From the human T2T-CHM13v2.0 reference genome, Homo sapiens: 64,000 nt of DNA. Below, in pieces: positions 24,483 through 37,210 of the stretch. The notes beneath the pieces were generated by a model that worked only from the letters and a program-made list of their open reading frames with translations, did no database searches and had not been told where the DNA came from. Location: assembly GCF_009914755.1 (NCBI RefSeq), contig NC_060932.1. One strand, written 5' to 3'. The position numbers were made by a program, and so were the translations under genes. Every line of letters begins with the position of its first letter. Position 1 is the stretch's first letter.

Positions 24483-25634
24483 CTTCGTCTCCTGGGGGTT
24501 TTATGACCGCCTTTTTCAGGGGTGGACTGTTGGGCCACCTGAAACACACACAAACACACACATGTCGATGGTTAAGCACGTTGGATATTCACACACCCAC
24601 AGGAAGCCACCTGCTAACTCCCTGCCTGTGTGGTCATGAGGAGACCTCACCACCAGTCGGTCAAATCTGTAGAACACAATGTGCTGTGTGCATCCTCGGA
24701 TACTGTGTGTTCCTCTGCCATGACTACCTAGTCCAAGAGTAAACCCCACCTGCCACAGGGCCCGTGGCCTAGGTATGGGGGGTTGAGCTTTCAACCCCAA
24801 ACAAACAACTGATTCTGGAGACTGGACTTAGGTCTCTCACGATTCACTCCGGTAGAAGACACGGTGATTCTATCTCCCTTGACGGACAGAATGATCGAAG
24901 ACACAGGGCATGGCGTGTGCCACCCTTTGGCAGGTCTGCTTGAAGTCACGGATAAGGGATGCTTCCTGTGACAACTTGAATCGCTACTCTTGCCATTTCA
25001 TTAGGCAACTTCCAAACACAAATTCATACAGAGAAGTTACCTTCCTCTCTACCGCACTAGCAGGTGATGGTCTTTCCTGTTCTATCTTTTGGCTTTAGCT
25101 CCAGCACCTCTTTGTTTATTTTCCTGGTATTTTACGCATACCACACGAATTCATCTGAACAAACGGGGAAGAAGTGCCGTATCGTATCGACGTCTTACAC
25201 GGCTGAAGGGCAAACCCCCCTTTTTTCCAAAGTCCTTTTTCCGTTTACCCACCAATTCAGCAGGCTGCAGTACATTTCTTTTCGCATTCCCATCTTGGTC
25301 TTCTCCCACACGTGGAGACGGGTATGTTTTCTCGTTTTCTGTTCCAAGAATTACTAGTAACGAGAACACATCCTACCCCACCAGCAAGCCCCAGTGTGAT
25401 CGGTTTCTTTCGGCCTCCTTTGTCTCTTCCTCCCCCACACCCCCCGCAAAAACCCCTCAGGGATTGCGTGAAACAAACAATTGTTCAGCGAAACTAACCT
25501 GAAATTACACGTCTACTTTCTTTCCCAGGCTGGCGCTGAGATGGGCAGGTGCTGCAGCAGCCCGGCTGGAAGCGATGCAGCATCCAGGACGACGGAGGAA
25601 GGGGCGGAGAGGGACCTCTGCTTTCCAGGCTGCC

Positions 25635-25723
25635 TTTTATACTGCCTCTGGTCACCTGACATGGAACGTACCCTAACCTAATCAGTTACCTGTACCTTAA
25701 TTGCAATTAACTTAATCCAATTA
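25635..25723 (-). promoter_or_regulatory. FAM90A copy D promoter: TATA plus DUX4-type motifs (TAACCTAATCA 25674-25684)
   Basis: Same motif block as copy A. Confidence 0.65.
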
Positions 25724-27476
25724 CATGACCTGGAAAGGTCTGTCTGCACAGCCCACTCTAAGATCATGTCCACTGCTGACAGACATTCTAAAACCTACTT
25801 GTACAGCTGCAAGCTTTGAACAATAGATGTTCCCCGTCAGACATGTAACACTGGTGCCTGTACCCCTGTCTTCTTTTCCATCTTTTTTGTTGTTTTGTTT
25901 TGTTTTGTTTTGTTTTAAAAAATGTGGTAAAATAGACACCTTTTAATTGGACCACATTTTGTCTATCTCGACGTAGGCCTCAGTGTCATCAAGGAGACTC
26001 TGCTTGACATGCAGTCACGGCCATGATCCATCTTCAGAGCTTCTCTTTCTTCCCCAAGGTAAGTCTGTCAGCAGAGAACCCTGACCGCACCCTCATGTGT
26101 TTTCTCCCCCAGGAGGCGCTTGGAAACCACCGTGAATTGGACCGCACTGGGAAACACAGATGAGGAAAGTCAACAACGCTTTGTCCTTCAGTGCCTGGCT
26201 CCTTTTTCAGCTCGTCTTGCGACTCCAGGCATTATGCCTGAAAAGTCTCCCGGACGCCTGTGAGGCTGTAATTCCCTGGGTCCCATTGCCATGTCTCTGG
26301 ATTTGCGAAGATCCACCGCACCTTCTGTGGAACTCCCGTGTCGGTGAACTTTTGTGCCACGGCCCCTAATTCTGCCCATGGTCATCCGCACCTGCACGAC
26401 TTAGGGTCCATGTTCCTTGGACGGGAAGAGACAGGCAGGAGTCGGAATGATGAACCAGCACACTGGGGCGTTTTCTCATGTAGCCCAAGTGACCCCATGG
26501 TCTTCTCGAGCTTTGGAACCAGTCGCGTCCCCTTTGACACTGCACCCGGCTCCCAGTCTCTCAATCTTGTTGGCCCTCCGGCGATCTCCCGTTGGATGGA
26601 TTGCTCCTGCTGAAACTCGAGTCCCCTTTGATTTGCGCTTCATTAATTATTCATGATTCAGGTTGGAAGGCCTGCTGACGACCCCCTGTGGCCGTTCTCT
26701 GAGCTTTCCTGTCACATCGTTTCCTTCCACGCTCTTTGGTTCCTTATGGTCCTGCTCCTTCTGCTGTCAGAGGAGCAGAGAGTTGATCTTATTCATTCTG
26801 GATACGGATACTTTCTAGTTGATCTGGATAATCAAGATAACGACCCTCAACAGCGGCGGAAAGGGAGCAGCCAGTTGGTGTGTCTCAGAAAATCCCGCTG
26901 AGTTCCGAGGCCTCCTAGATGTGGAATCCTGCTGAGAGTTGTTCCCAGGTCAGAGAATGGAGAGAGCCTGTGCATGATGGGATATCCCCGCCTAGATCTT
27001 TCAGTGAGTCTCTGCCTCAGCTACTCTTAGGATCAGGGGGAGAACCATGGTGTCAGACATCCGGAAAGAAGACGGGATGAATGTTTTACCTCTGAAGTAC
27101 ATCCCAAATGTGGGAGTTAACTTCAGCTTTGCTGGGGTCTATTTGGCCAGTGAAACTCTGCCTGGTTCCTTCGCACATCCGGAAGCCACTTCACGGGGGG
27201 CCGTCGCAACTGGAACCACACACTTGGCATCGGCGGTTGAGCCAAATGGGGACTCGTGGTGCAAGCAACGCTCCCCACGTGTTAGCGTGCGTGAGATTCG
27301 GTTGGCGGAATTTTACTAGGTGCGTGTTGGTAGAGTGGGGCTGAGGTTTTCTTGCTCCTGTGGATGTATAGGAAGTCAAAGGTCCTGCCCAGCCCTGCGG
27401 TCCCCTCAGTCAACTCCGTTTCGGAGACGTAACGATTTGGATTGCCAACAAGTCAAGAAATGTTCAAGCCCTTGGA

Positions 27477-28001
27477 TGTAGGGTAAAGAAAGAGAGATCA
27501 GACTGTCACTGTGTCAATGTAGAAGGGGAAGACATAAGAGACTCCATTTTGAAAAAGACCTGTACTTTAAACAATTGCTTTACTGAGATGTTGTTCATTT
27601 GTTGCCTTGCCTCATCCACTTTGCCCCAGCCCCTTTGACCCAACTTAGAGCTCAGAAAACCTGTGTTGTATAAAATCGAGGTTTAAGGGATCTAGGGCTG
27701 TGCAGGACGTGCTTTGTTAACCAAATGTTTACAAGCAGTATACTTGGTAAAAGTCATTGCCATTCTCTAGTTTCAATAAACCAGGGGCACTATGCACCGT
27801 GGAAAGCCGCAGCGACCTCTGCCCTTGAAAGCAGGTTATTGTCCAAGGTTTCTCCCCCTGTAACAGTCTGAAATATGGCCCCGTGGGATGTTAAAGACCT
27901 GACTGGCCCCCAGCCTGAGACCCGTAAAAGGTCTGTGCCGAGGTGGATTAGTCAAAGAGGAAAGCCTCTTGCAGTTTAGATGGAGGACAGCCACTGTCTC
28001 C
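27477..28001 (+). mobile_element. Truncated LTR5 (5' half only) at the array edge
   Basis: Same 5' flank CTTGGA and start. Diverges from the other copies after ~27590 and breaks off at ...CCACTGTCTCC. Confidence 0.88.
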
Positions 28002-28350
28002 CGCAGCCCCTCTTGCCTCCCTGGCTCTTAGGACCCGCATCGCAGGGTATGAGGCACTCCCCCCGTTTCGGGTTGTAAGAGCCAAACCCTCTTGCCCCCC
28101 TGGCTCTTAGTTTCCCCCATCGCAGCGGGGTGAGTCACTTCCTGCTATGCTTGGGGTAAGAGCCAGCCCCTCTTGCCCCCCTGGCTCTCAGGACCCCCAT
28201 CGCAGTGGTGTGAGGCACGCCCCTTGATGCGGGTGTTAAGAGCCTTCCCATCTTACCTCCTGGCTCTTAGGACCCCCATCGCAGGGGGTGAGGCACGCCC
28301 CGCCATGCGGAGAGTAAGAGCTATCCCCTCTTGCCCCCCTGGTTTTTAGG
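28002..28350. repeat. GC-rich ~80-bp minisatellite (~4.4 copies)
   Basis: Recurrent CCCCTCTTGCCCCCCTGGCTCTTAGGACCCCCATCGCAGGGGGTGAGGCAC...GTAAGAGC starting near 28004, 28083, 28164, 28244 and 28322. Confidence 0.85.
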
Positions 28351-29030
28351 ATCCGCGGTGGACTCACAGCCTGTTTATCATATTGTGAGTAATATCGTCT
28401 CCCGCTCTGAAGATTGTGAACTGTTTCACCCACCGGTGTTCACCCCGGCTTACAGAGGTTGTACACCCGTCTGTATTGGGAGTCATATCATCCTCTTCCT
28501 CTCTGAATATTAAGAACAGTATCACAGGGGTGTTTCTACTCTCTGGGATATCGCGTGTCATATCATCCTCTCCCACGTTGCAATTAGAAACAATATCAGT
28601 GGGGGCGTGTCCACCTTCTGTGATACTGAAAGTAATATCATCCTCTTCCCTCCAGGATCGTGGGAACAATATCCTTGGGGGTGTCCACTTTCTGCCATAT
28701 GTGTAGTCATATCACCCCCTCCGCCTTGGAATATTATTAAGAACCATGTCACACGGGGATGTACACTTCCTACGATGTTGGGAGTAATAGCATTCTCTTC
28801 TTCCATGAATATTAGGAACAAAATCACCGGGTGGATGCACACCCAGTGCTATATTGGGAGTAATGTCATACTCCACCCCCTGGAGATTATATTCGGATCA
28901 ATATCACCGGCTGGGTGTGCACCTGCTGCGATATTGAACGTAATATCATGCTCTCTCACTCCCTGAACATTAGGAACAATATCACAGGTGGGTGTACACC
29001 CACTGAGGTATTAGGGCATACTATTAGTAT
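28351..29030. repeat. SATR1/SATR2-type satellite
   Basis: Degenerate units of GGGAGTAATATCATCCTCTCCCC..GGATATTAGGAACAATATCACAGGGG.TGTACACC. Family name assigned from recall. Confidence 0.75.
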
Positions 29031-29356
29031 GAATTATTCCTTGTTTTTTATTAACATGAATATGAATGGCCGATATTAATATTAATATTAAGAAGTAATT
29101 GCTAATAAAAAGTTCTCAGATTATTAATATTAATATTAATTATTAGGAGCTAATATTACTATTTTCTGATGAATAAGATCCGTATCAGTTATTAATATCA
29201 GGCGTCATAATCATTAATATTAATCATGTATTGTTATTGTTAGTATAACTATTTAATATTAATTATCATTAGTATCGGTATTGATTTTAAAAATTATATT
29301 ATGGGTTATTAATATTGATAATTATTAGTGTCAGTTAATAATTGAGATTATTAATT
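29031..29356. repeat. AT-rich low-complexity tract (ATTAAT-rich)
   Basis: Near-pure A/T with repeated ATTAATATT. Confidence 0.85.
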
Positions 29357-29369
29357 GCGGTAAGTCGCA

Positions 29370-32300
29370 TTGCGCCATTCCACCCCTTCCTCGGCAGCTC
29401 GTTTACGACCCAAAACGGGGACACAAATGCCCCTGAGAGAGCAGCGGTATACTGGGATAGATGAAAATGCTCATGTAGTGGAGAGACGTGTTTTTGGGTA
29501 CCAGCCCTTCACCTGCGTCGACCTTCTCAACTGGAAAAATAATACATCGCCCTATACCGAAAAGCCACAAGCCCTAATTGATTTGCTCCAAACTGTTATC
29601 CAGACCCACAACCACACCTGGACCGATTGGCACCAGTTGCTCATTTTCCTCTTTAACAGTGAAGAAAGGCAGAGAGTCCTCCAAGCAGCAACTAAGTGGC
29701 TAGAGGAACATGCACCAGCTGATTATCAAAACCCCCAACAGTATGGAAGGACCCAGTTGCCAGGAACCGACCCCCAGTTGGACCTACATGAAAGAGAGGA
29801 GATGCAAAGGCTAAACCGAGACAGGGAAGCTCTCTTGGAAGGATTAATGAGGGGAGCTCAGAAGGCCACAAACGTTAACAAGCTCTCTGAGGTCATTCAG
29901 GGAAAAGAAGAAAGTCCAGCACAATTCTACGAGAGACTGTATGAGGCCTATCATATGTATACTCCCTTTGATCCCGATAGCCCTGAAAATCAGCGCATGA
30001 TTCACATGGCTTTAGTCCATCAAAGTGCAGAAGACATGAGAAGAAAACTGCAGAAACAGACTGGGCTTGCAGGGAAGAATCCATCCCAATTACTAGAAAT
30101 AGCTAGCCAGGTGTTTGTAAACAGGTATGCAGTAAGCCGTAAGGAAAACGGCAAAGAGGATGGAGGTCAGTCCCGGCCACACGCCGACCTGTTTGTCAGC
30201 TGCAGCAATCAGAGGGGCCCCCGCAAAGAGGCAAGGGAAAGGGGGCCCTGGGAAAGAAACTCAGCTTGGCTGTCAGAGTTTGCAGCGTAACCAGTGTGCT
30301 GATTGTAAAGAAATAGGACAGTGGAAGAACAAATGCCCTCAGCTCAAAAGAAAAGAAGGTGACTCAGAGCCGGAGGCCCCGGACAAGGAGGAAGGGGCCC
30401 TGCTCAACCTGGCAGAAGGGTTCTTGGACTGAGGGAGACCGGGCTCAAGCATCCCCATTCTGACATCTGTTCAGAATGACAGTCAGGGGTGGAGACATTA
30501 ACTTTCTTGTAGATAGCGGTGCTGAACATTCGCTAGTAACCGCCCCGGTCGTCCCCTTACCGAAAAAGACTACTGACGTCATCGGAGCCACGGGGGTTTC
30601 AGCAAAGCAAGCTTTCTGCTTGCCTTGGACTTGTCCTGTAGGAGGACATAAAGTCATTCATCAGTTTTGTTACATGCCTGACAGTCTCTTGAACTTTTCA
30701 GGAAGGGACTTGCTCAGCAAGCTGAGAGCCACTGCCTCTTTCACAGAGCACGGCTCTTTGCTGCTAAAGTTACCCGGAATGGGAGTCATTATGACGCTTA
30801 TGGTCCCCCGAGAGGAGGAATGGAGACTTTTCTGAACTGACCCGGGCAAAGAGAAAAGACCAGCTCTGGCTAAGCGCTGGCCAAGAGTTCGGGCAGAAGA
30901 GAACCCTCCAGGATTGGCCAGTTAAGACTGGGGCCCAGCCGGTGAGGCAAAAACAGGACTCGGTCCCCAGAGAAGCCCTTCAAGGTATCCAGGTCCATCT
31001 CAAGCACCTAAGAACGTTTGGAATGATTGTTCCTTGTCAGTCTCCATGGAACACTCCCCTCCTGCCTGTTCCCAAGCCACGGACCAAGGACTACCGGCCG
31101 GTACAGGATTTGCGCTTGCTTCATCAAGCCACACTGACTTTACATCCAACAGTACCTAACCCGTCCACATTGTTGGGGTTGCCGCCAGCTGAGGACAGCT
31201 GGTTCACCTGCTTGGACCTAAAAGACGCTTTCCTTCCTATCAGATTAGCCCGAGAGGCAGAAGCTGTTTGCCTTTCAGTGGGAAGATCCGGAGTCAGGTG
31301 TCACTACTTAGTACACTTGGACCGGGCTTCCCCAAAGGTTCAAGAACTCCCCCACCATCTTCGGGGAGGCATGGGCTCGAGACCTCCAGAAGTTTCCTAG
31401 CAGAGACCTAGGCTGCTTGTTGCTCCAGTAGGTTGATGACCTTCTGCTGGGACACCCCACGGCAGTCGGGTGTGCCAAGGGAACAGATGCCCTACACCGC
31501 ACCTGGAGGACTGTGGGTAGAAGGTGTCCAAGAAGAAAGCTCAGATCTGCCGACAGCAGGTACGTTACTTGGGATTTACTATCCGACAGGGGTCGGAACG
31601 CAGCCCGAGATCAGAAAGAAAGCAGGTCATTTGCCATCTAGCGGAGCCTAAGAGCAGAAGGCAGGTAAGAGAATTCTTAGGAGCTGTGGGGTTTTGTAGA
31701 CTGTGGATCCCAAACTTTGCAGTATTAGCCAAGTTTTTGTATGAGGTCACAAGGGGGGCGGGGACGGGGAATCTTTGGAATGCGGATCCCAACAACAGCA
31801 AGTATTTCATGAGTTAAAGGAAAAACTTCTGGCAGCACCAGCCCTGAGGCTACCCGATCTGACAAAGCCTTTTCCATTGTATGCATCAGAGAGAGAAAGG
31901 ATGGCAGCTGGACTTTGAACCCAAACTGTGGGGCCCTGGCTGAGGCTGGTGGCCTACCTCTGTAAACCACTAGACGGGGTTTCTAAAGGATGGCCCCCCT
32001 GTTGGAGGGCCTTGGCAGCAACTGCCCTGCTAGTATAAGAAGCAAATAAGCTGACTCTTGGGCGAAACCTGAACATAAAGGCCTCCCGTGCTGTGGTGAT
32101 GAATACTAAAGGACGTCATTGGCTAACGAATGCCAGGCTCACCAAGTACCAAACTTTGGTCTGTGAAAATCCCCGTATAACCATTGAAGTTTGTAACACC
32201 CTACACCCCGCCACCTTGCTGCCGGTATCAGGGAGCCCTGTCGAGCCTGATTGTGTAGAAGTGTTGGACTCAATTGACTCTAGCAGACCTGAGCTCCGGG

Positions 32301-33443
32301 ACCAGACTTGGGCATCAGTAGACTGGGAACCACACGTGGATGGGAGCAGCTTCTTCAACCCCCAAGGAGAGAGAGGTGCAGGGTATGCAGTGATAACTCT
32401 GGACACTGTTGTTGAAACCAGGTCGTTGCCCCAGGCCACTTCAGCCCAGAAAGCTGAACTCAATGCTTTCATTTGGGCCTTAGAACTCAGTGAGGGTGAG
32501 ACTGTCAACACTTACACTGATTCTCGGTATGTCTTTTTAACCCTTCAAGTGCATGGAGTGTGATAGAAAGAAAAGGGCCTATTGAATTCTGGGGGGAAAG
32601 ACAGAAAATATCCACAAGAAATCTTGCAATGATTAGAAGCAGTATGGAAACCCCACAAGGTGGCAGTTAGGCATTGCAGAGGACACCAGCGAGCTTCCAC
32701 CTTGCTGTGTTTGGGGAATTCCCGCGCTGAGTCAGAGGCTCGAAAAGCAGCAACTGCCCCCTTCTGGGCATCAGTGCTCCCTCAAGCACCTGATCTTGGA
32801 CCTGCTTCTTCTAAAGAAGAAAGGACTTTCTCCAGGTAGAGGGAAGGACAAGTGATGGAGGAAGGATGGATTCAGTTACCAGATGGGAGAGTAGCTGTGC
32901 CACAGCTGCTAGGAGCTGCAGTTGTACTGGCTGTGCAAGAAAACACCCATCGAGGTCAGGAGTCACTGGAAAAGTTGTTAGGCCGGTATTTCTACATCTC
33001 GCCTTTGTCAACCCTTGCCAAAACGGTGAGGCAGCGGTGTGTTACCTGCTGACAGCATGATGGGAGTCAAGGTCCAGCCGTTCCGCCCGGCATACGAGCT
33101 TGTGGAGCAGCCCCCTTTGAAGGTCTCCAGGTGGACTTCACAGAGATGCCAAAGTGTGGAGGTAACAAGCATGTACTGGTTCTTGGGCGTACCTATTCTG
33201 GGTGGGTGGAGGCCTATCCAACACGAACTGAGAAAGCTGGTGAAGTAACCCCTGTGCTTCTTCGAGATGTGATTCCTAGATTTCGACCGCCCTTATGGAT
33301 CGGCTCAGACAACGGGCCTGCGTTTTTGGCTGCCTTGGTACAGAAAACGGCAAAGGTATTGGGGATCACACGGAAACTACATGCCGCCTCCCGGCCTCAG
33401 AGTTCCGGAAAGGTGGAGAGGATGAATCGGACTATCAAAAATA
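29370..33443 (+). mobile_element. HERV-E-like (class I/gammaretroviral) internal fragment: gag CA-NC, pro, RT, RNase H, integrase; defective, no LTRs or env
   Basis: Gag p30 (YQPFTCVDLLNWKNN, MHR VIQGKEESPAQFYERL); NC CADCKEIGQWKNKC; protease FLVDSGA; RT SPWNTPLLPV, YRPVQDLR, LDLKDAF, with YVDD hit by a TAG at 31429; RNase H DGSS/SAQKAEL/YTDSRY; integrase DFTEMP, SDNGPAF, PQSSGKVERMN. Many frameshifts and stops. Confidence 0.88.
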
Positions 33444-33444
33444 G

Positions 33445-33835
33445 TACTACTGTCTTCCCCGCTGGATATTTAAAACAACAGCACAAGGGGCGTCAAACCA
33501 CCTGCTAAATTGGAGGCAATGTTATCCTCTCCCCTCCTCCCCCGGCCCCGGATATTAGAGACAACAACACAGGGGTGATGTACACCCACTGCTTTATTGT
33601 GAGTAATATCATCCTCTCCCTTCTTGGATAGTAGGAACAGTATCACACTGTGCGTGTAGGCCTGTCGCGAAATTCAATGGAATGTCATCCTGCGCCTCCC
33701 TGGATATGACGAACAATATCACGGGGGATGTACAACTTCTGAGATATTGGGAGTGATGTCATCCTCTCCCCTCTGGAAGTTAGGGACAATATCACAGGGG
33801 TAGTGTACACCCTCTGGGATGTTGGGACTAATATC
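33445..33835. repeat. SATR-type satellite
   Basis: Same unit motif as 28351-29030. Confidence 0.75.
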
Positions 33836-34811
33836 TCACAGATGTCTGAGAATTCCTCCTCCTGGGACTCTCAGAGGATCCAGAACTGCAGCCGGTCCTC
33901 GCTTTGCTGTCCCTGTCCCTGTCCATGTATCTGGTCACGGTGCTGAGGAACCTGCTCAGCATCCTGGCTGTCAGCTCTGACTCCCCCCTCCACACCCCCA
34001 TGTACTTCTTCCTCTCCAACCTGTGCTGGCCTGACATCGGTTTCACCTCGGCCATGGTTCCCAAGATGATTGTGGACACGCAGTCGCATAGCAGAGTCAT
34101 CTCTCATGCGGGCTGCCTGACACAGATGTCTTTCCTGCTCCTTGTTGCATGTATAGAAGGCATGCTCCTGACTGTGATGGCCTATGACTGCTTTGTAGCC
34201 ATCTGTCGCCCTCTGCACTACCCAATCATCGTGAATCCTCACCTCTGTGTCTTCTTCGTTTTGGTGTCCTTTTTCCTTAGCCTGTTGGATTCCCAGCTGC
34301 ACAGTTGGATTGTGTTACAATTAACCATCATCAAGAATGTGGAAATCTCTAATTTGGTCTGTGACCCCTCTCAACTTCTCAAACTTGCCTGTTCTGACAG
34401 CGTCATCAATAACATATTCATATATTTCGATAGTACTATGTTTGGTTTTCTTCCCATTTCAGGGATCTTTTTGTCTTACTATAAAATTGTCCCCTCCATT
34501 CTAAGGATTTCATCGTCAGATGGGAAGTATAAAGCCTTCTCCACCTGTGGCTGTCATCTAGCAGTTGTTTGCTGGTTTTATGGAACAGGCATTGGCTTGT
34601 ACCTGACTTCAGCTGGGTCACCACCTCCCAGGAATGGTGTGGTGGCTTCAGTGATGTACGCTGTGGTCACCCCATGCTGAACCTTTTCATCTGCAGCCTG
34701 AGAAACAGGGACATACAAAGTGCCCTGCGGAGGCTGCGCAGCAGAGCAGTCGAATATCATGATCTGTTCCATCCTTTTTCTTGTGTGGGTGAGAAAGGGC
34801 AACCACATTAA
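33833..34811 (+). pseudogene. Olfactory receptor family 7E pseudogene
   Basis: LTDV*EFLLLGLSEDPELQP, LHTPMYFFLSNL, MAYDCFVAICRPLHY (DR to DC), KAFSTC. Stop at 33847, frameshift near 34672, no start codon. The paralog number cannot be assigned. Confidence 0.92.
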
Positions 34812-35575
34812 ATCTCTACATCTGCAAATCCTGCCCCTCAGTCACATTCTTTTTGTGGCTTGATGGCTTTTATTCCTTTCCGCATTTCCTTTGTGAATAT
34901 TGCTTTCTTCGTTATGCCTTTATCTGGAATGAGTGACGATTCTGGGATCCTTGGTTTAGCAGAAACCTCATGACAGAATCTTCTATACCTAGGTGGCCTC
35001 TTTTAGTCTCTGAGCAATAACCATGCCATCCAGGTGGAATCACAACCATCATTTTATATACACGAAGTCCTCACTTCGTTTTGGAATTCCCTGAAAACTG
35101 ACTTTATGGAAACAATGTACAGAAGGTCCTCCAACAGCATTGGTTGTTCAAAGTCGTGTAGTTATACTGTTGATGAAAAATAAGTGGTTTCACTATACAT
35201 AATTTTGCTTCAAGGTGAAGTTTCCAAGAGACTTTCAAAGATGTTAAGTGAGGACATACTGTACATCAAATTCATATCCTCTTCCACAGTTCATGTGGAA
35301 TTTCTTTATAAACTTCTTCTAGAGAATCTATTTAAGCAGGTTCTGTGTAGATATCCATGTCGCCGTTCCTCAATCTTGGCTTTGAGTCAAATCACCTGGG
35401 CAGCTTACACATGATGAGGACTGGTTCTCAATACCTGAGATTCTGATTTCCTTGCACCTGTGTGAGTGTGTGGATTTTTTTTTTTTCTTTTAAAGCACCA
35501 GAGGTGGTTCCAATGACGAAGTTTTTAGAGGCATCAAGCTGCAATGAGTAAGAACAGAAATTAATTGTAATATGA

Positions 35576-35993
<418 letters not shown>

Positions 35994-36179
35994 ACCACTT
36001 AGCATTTACATTTTGCAATTGTTGAAGTTATCGATTTATACACACATCAATTGCTGCTTTGTTATACACTTGCAGATACATAAGATGGGAAATAGAAAAG
36101 AATAAAATGGGCACGGTATCCCTGAAGTTTCACATTCTGAGACTTTAAAAATATTTGCTCTTTAGAAATTTGTTTCAAT

Positions 36180-36840
36180 AAAGAAACTGTGGTATACACA
36201 CCCAATGAAGTATTATTCAGCCTAAAGAGGAAGAAAATCCTCTCCGCTGCAGACAAAATGGATGAGATTGCAGGTCTGTATATTAAATGAAATAAGCCAG
36301 GCACAGAATGTCAAATATTTCATGTCCTCACTTCTACGTAGGAAGAAAAAAGGAAACCTTGACCAGGCGTGGTGGCTCAGACCTGTAATCCCAGCACTCT
36401 GGGAGGCCGAGTCGCAGGGATCACTTGAGTCCAGGGGTTCGAGACCCGCTTGGCCAACATGGTGAAACCCCGTCTCTACGGAAAAAACAAGCAATTAGCC
36501 GGGCGTGGTGACGCGTGCCTCTAGTCTCAGCTACTCGGAGGGCTGAGGCCCAAGAAGCGCTTGAACTCGGGAGGCGGAGCTTTCAGTGAGCCCGGATTGT
36601 GCCTGTGTACTCCAACCTGGGCAACATAAAGAGACTCCATCACACACCTACACACAAAAGGAATCTCAGGAAGGTGGAAAGTATAAAGGTGGTTAGCAGA
36701 CGCTAGGAAGAAAAGGGGTGGGATGGGGAATGAAGACAAGTGGATAATTGGGTCCCAAAATACAGAAAGATGGAATAAGTGAGTTCTAGTGTTTGATTGT
36801 ACAGTATGAAAATTTTAATTCACAAGAATTTCTTGAATAT
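36180..36840 (+). mobile_element. Old L1 3'-end fragment interrupted by an Alu
   Basis: AAACTGTGGTATA..AATGAAGTATTATTCAGCC..AAATGAAATAAGCCAGGCACAGAA, resuming after the Alu. Confidence 0.65.
36361..36640 (+). mobile_element. Alu
   Basis: Dimeric Alu consensus. Confidence 0.9.
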
Positions 36841-36926
36841 TTCCAGATGCTTTGGTAAGAAACTTCCTAATTTTCTCATTATGCTGGTTTTTCAGCTCTT
36901 CTCTTTCTGCTCTTGAAATCATGCTG

Positions 36927-37210
<284 letters not shown>

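Larger units (their letters stand above)
1..27590. repeat. Tandem macrosatellite array of ~7.65-kb FAM90A units (~3.6 copies visible, continues left of the window)
   Basis: ORF track and sequence recur at offsets 7646, 7651 and 7651 with only scattered substitutions. The 5-bp period difference is one GTTTT unit in the microsatellite at ~2940-2962 versus ~10586-10614. Confidence 0.97.

Noticed and set aside
28002-29030. CRISPR-like repeat-spacer array
   Set aside because: Eukaryotic degenerate satellite with no unique spacers and no cas genes.
33904-34680. 258-aa functional olfactory receptor
   Set aside because: No ATG, an upstream stop, a mutated DRY motif and a frameshift in TM7.
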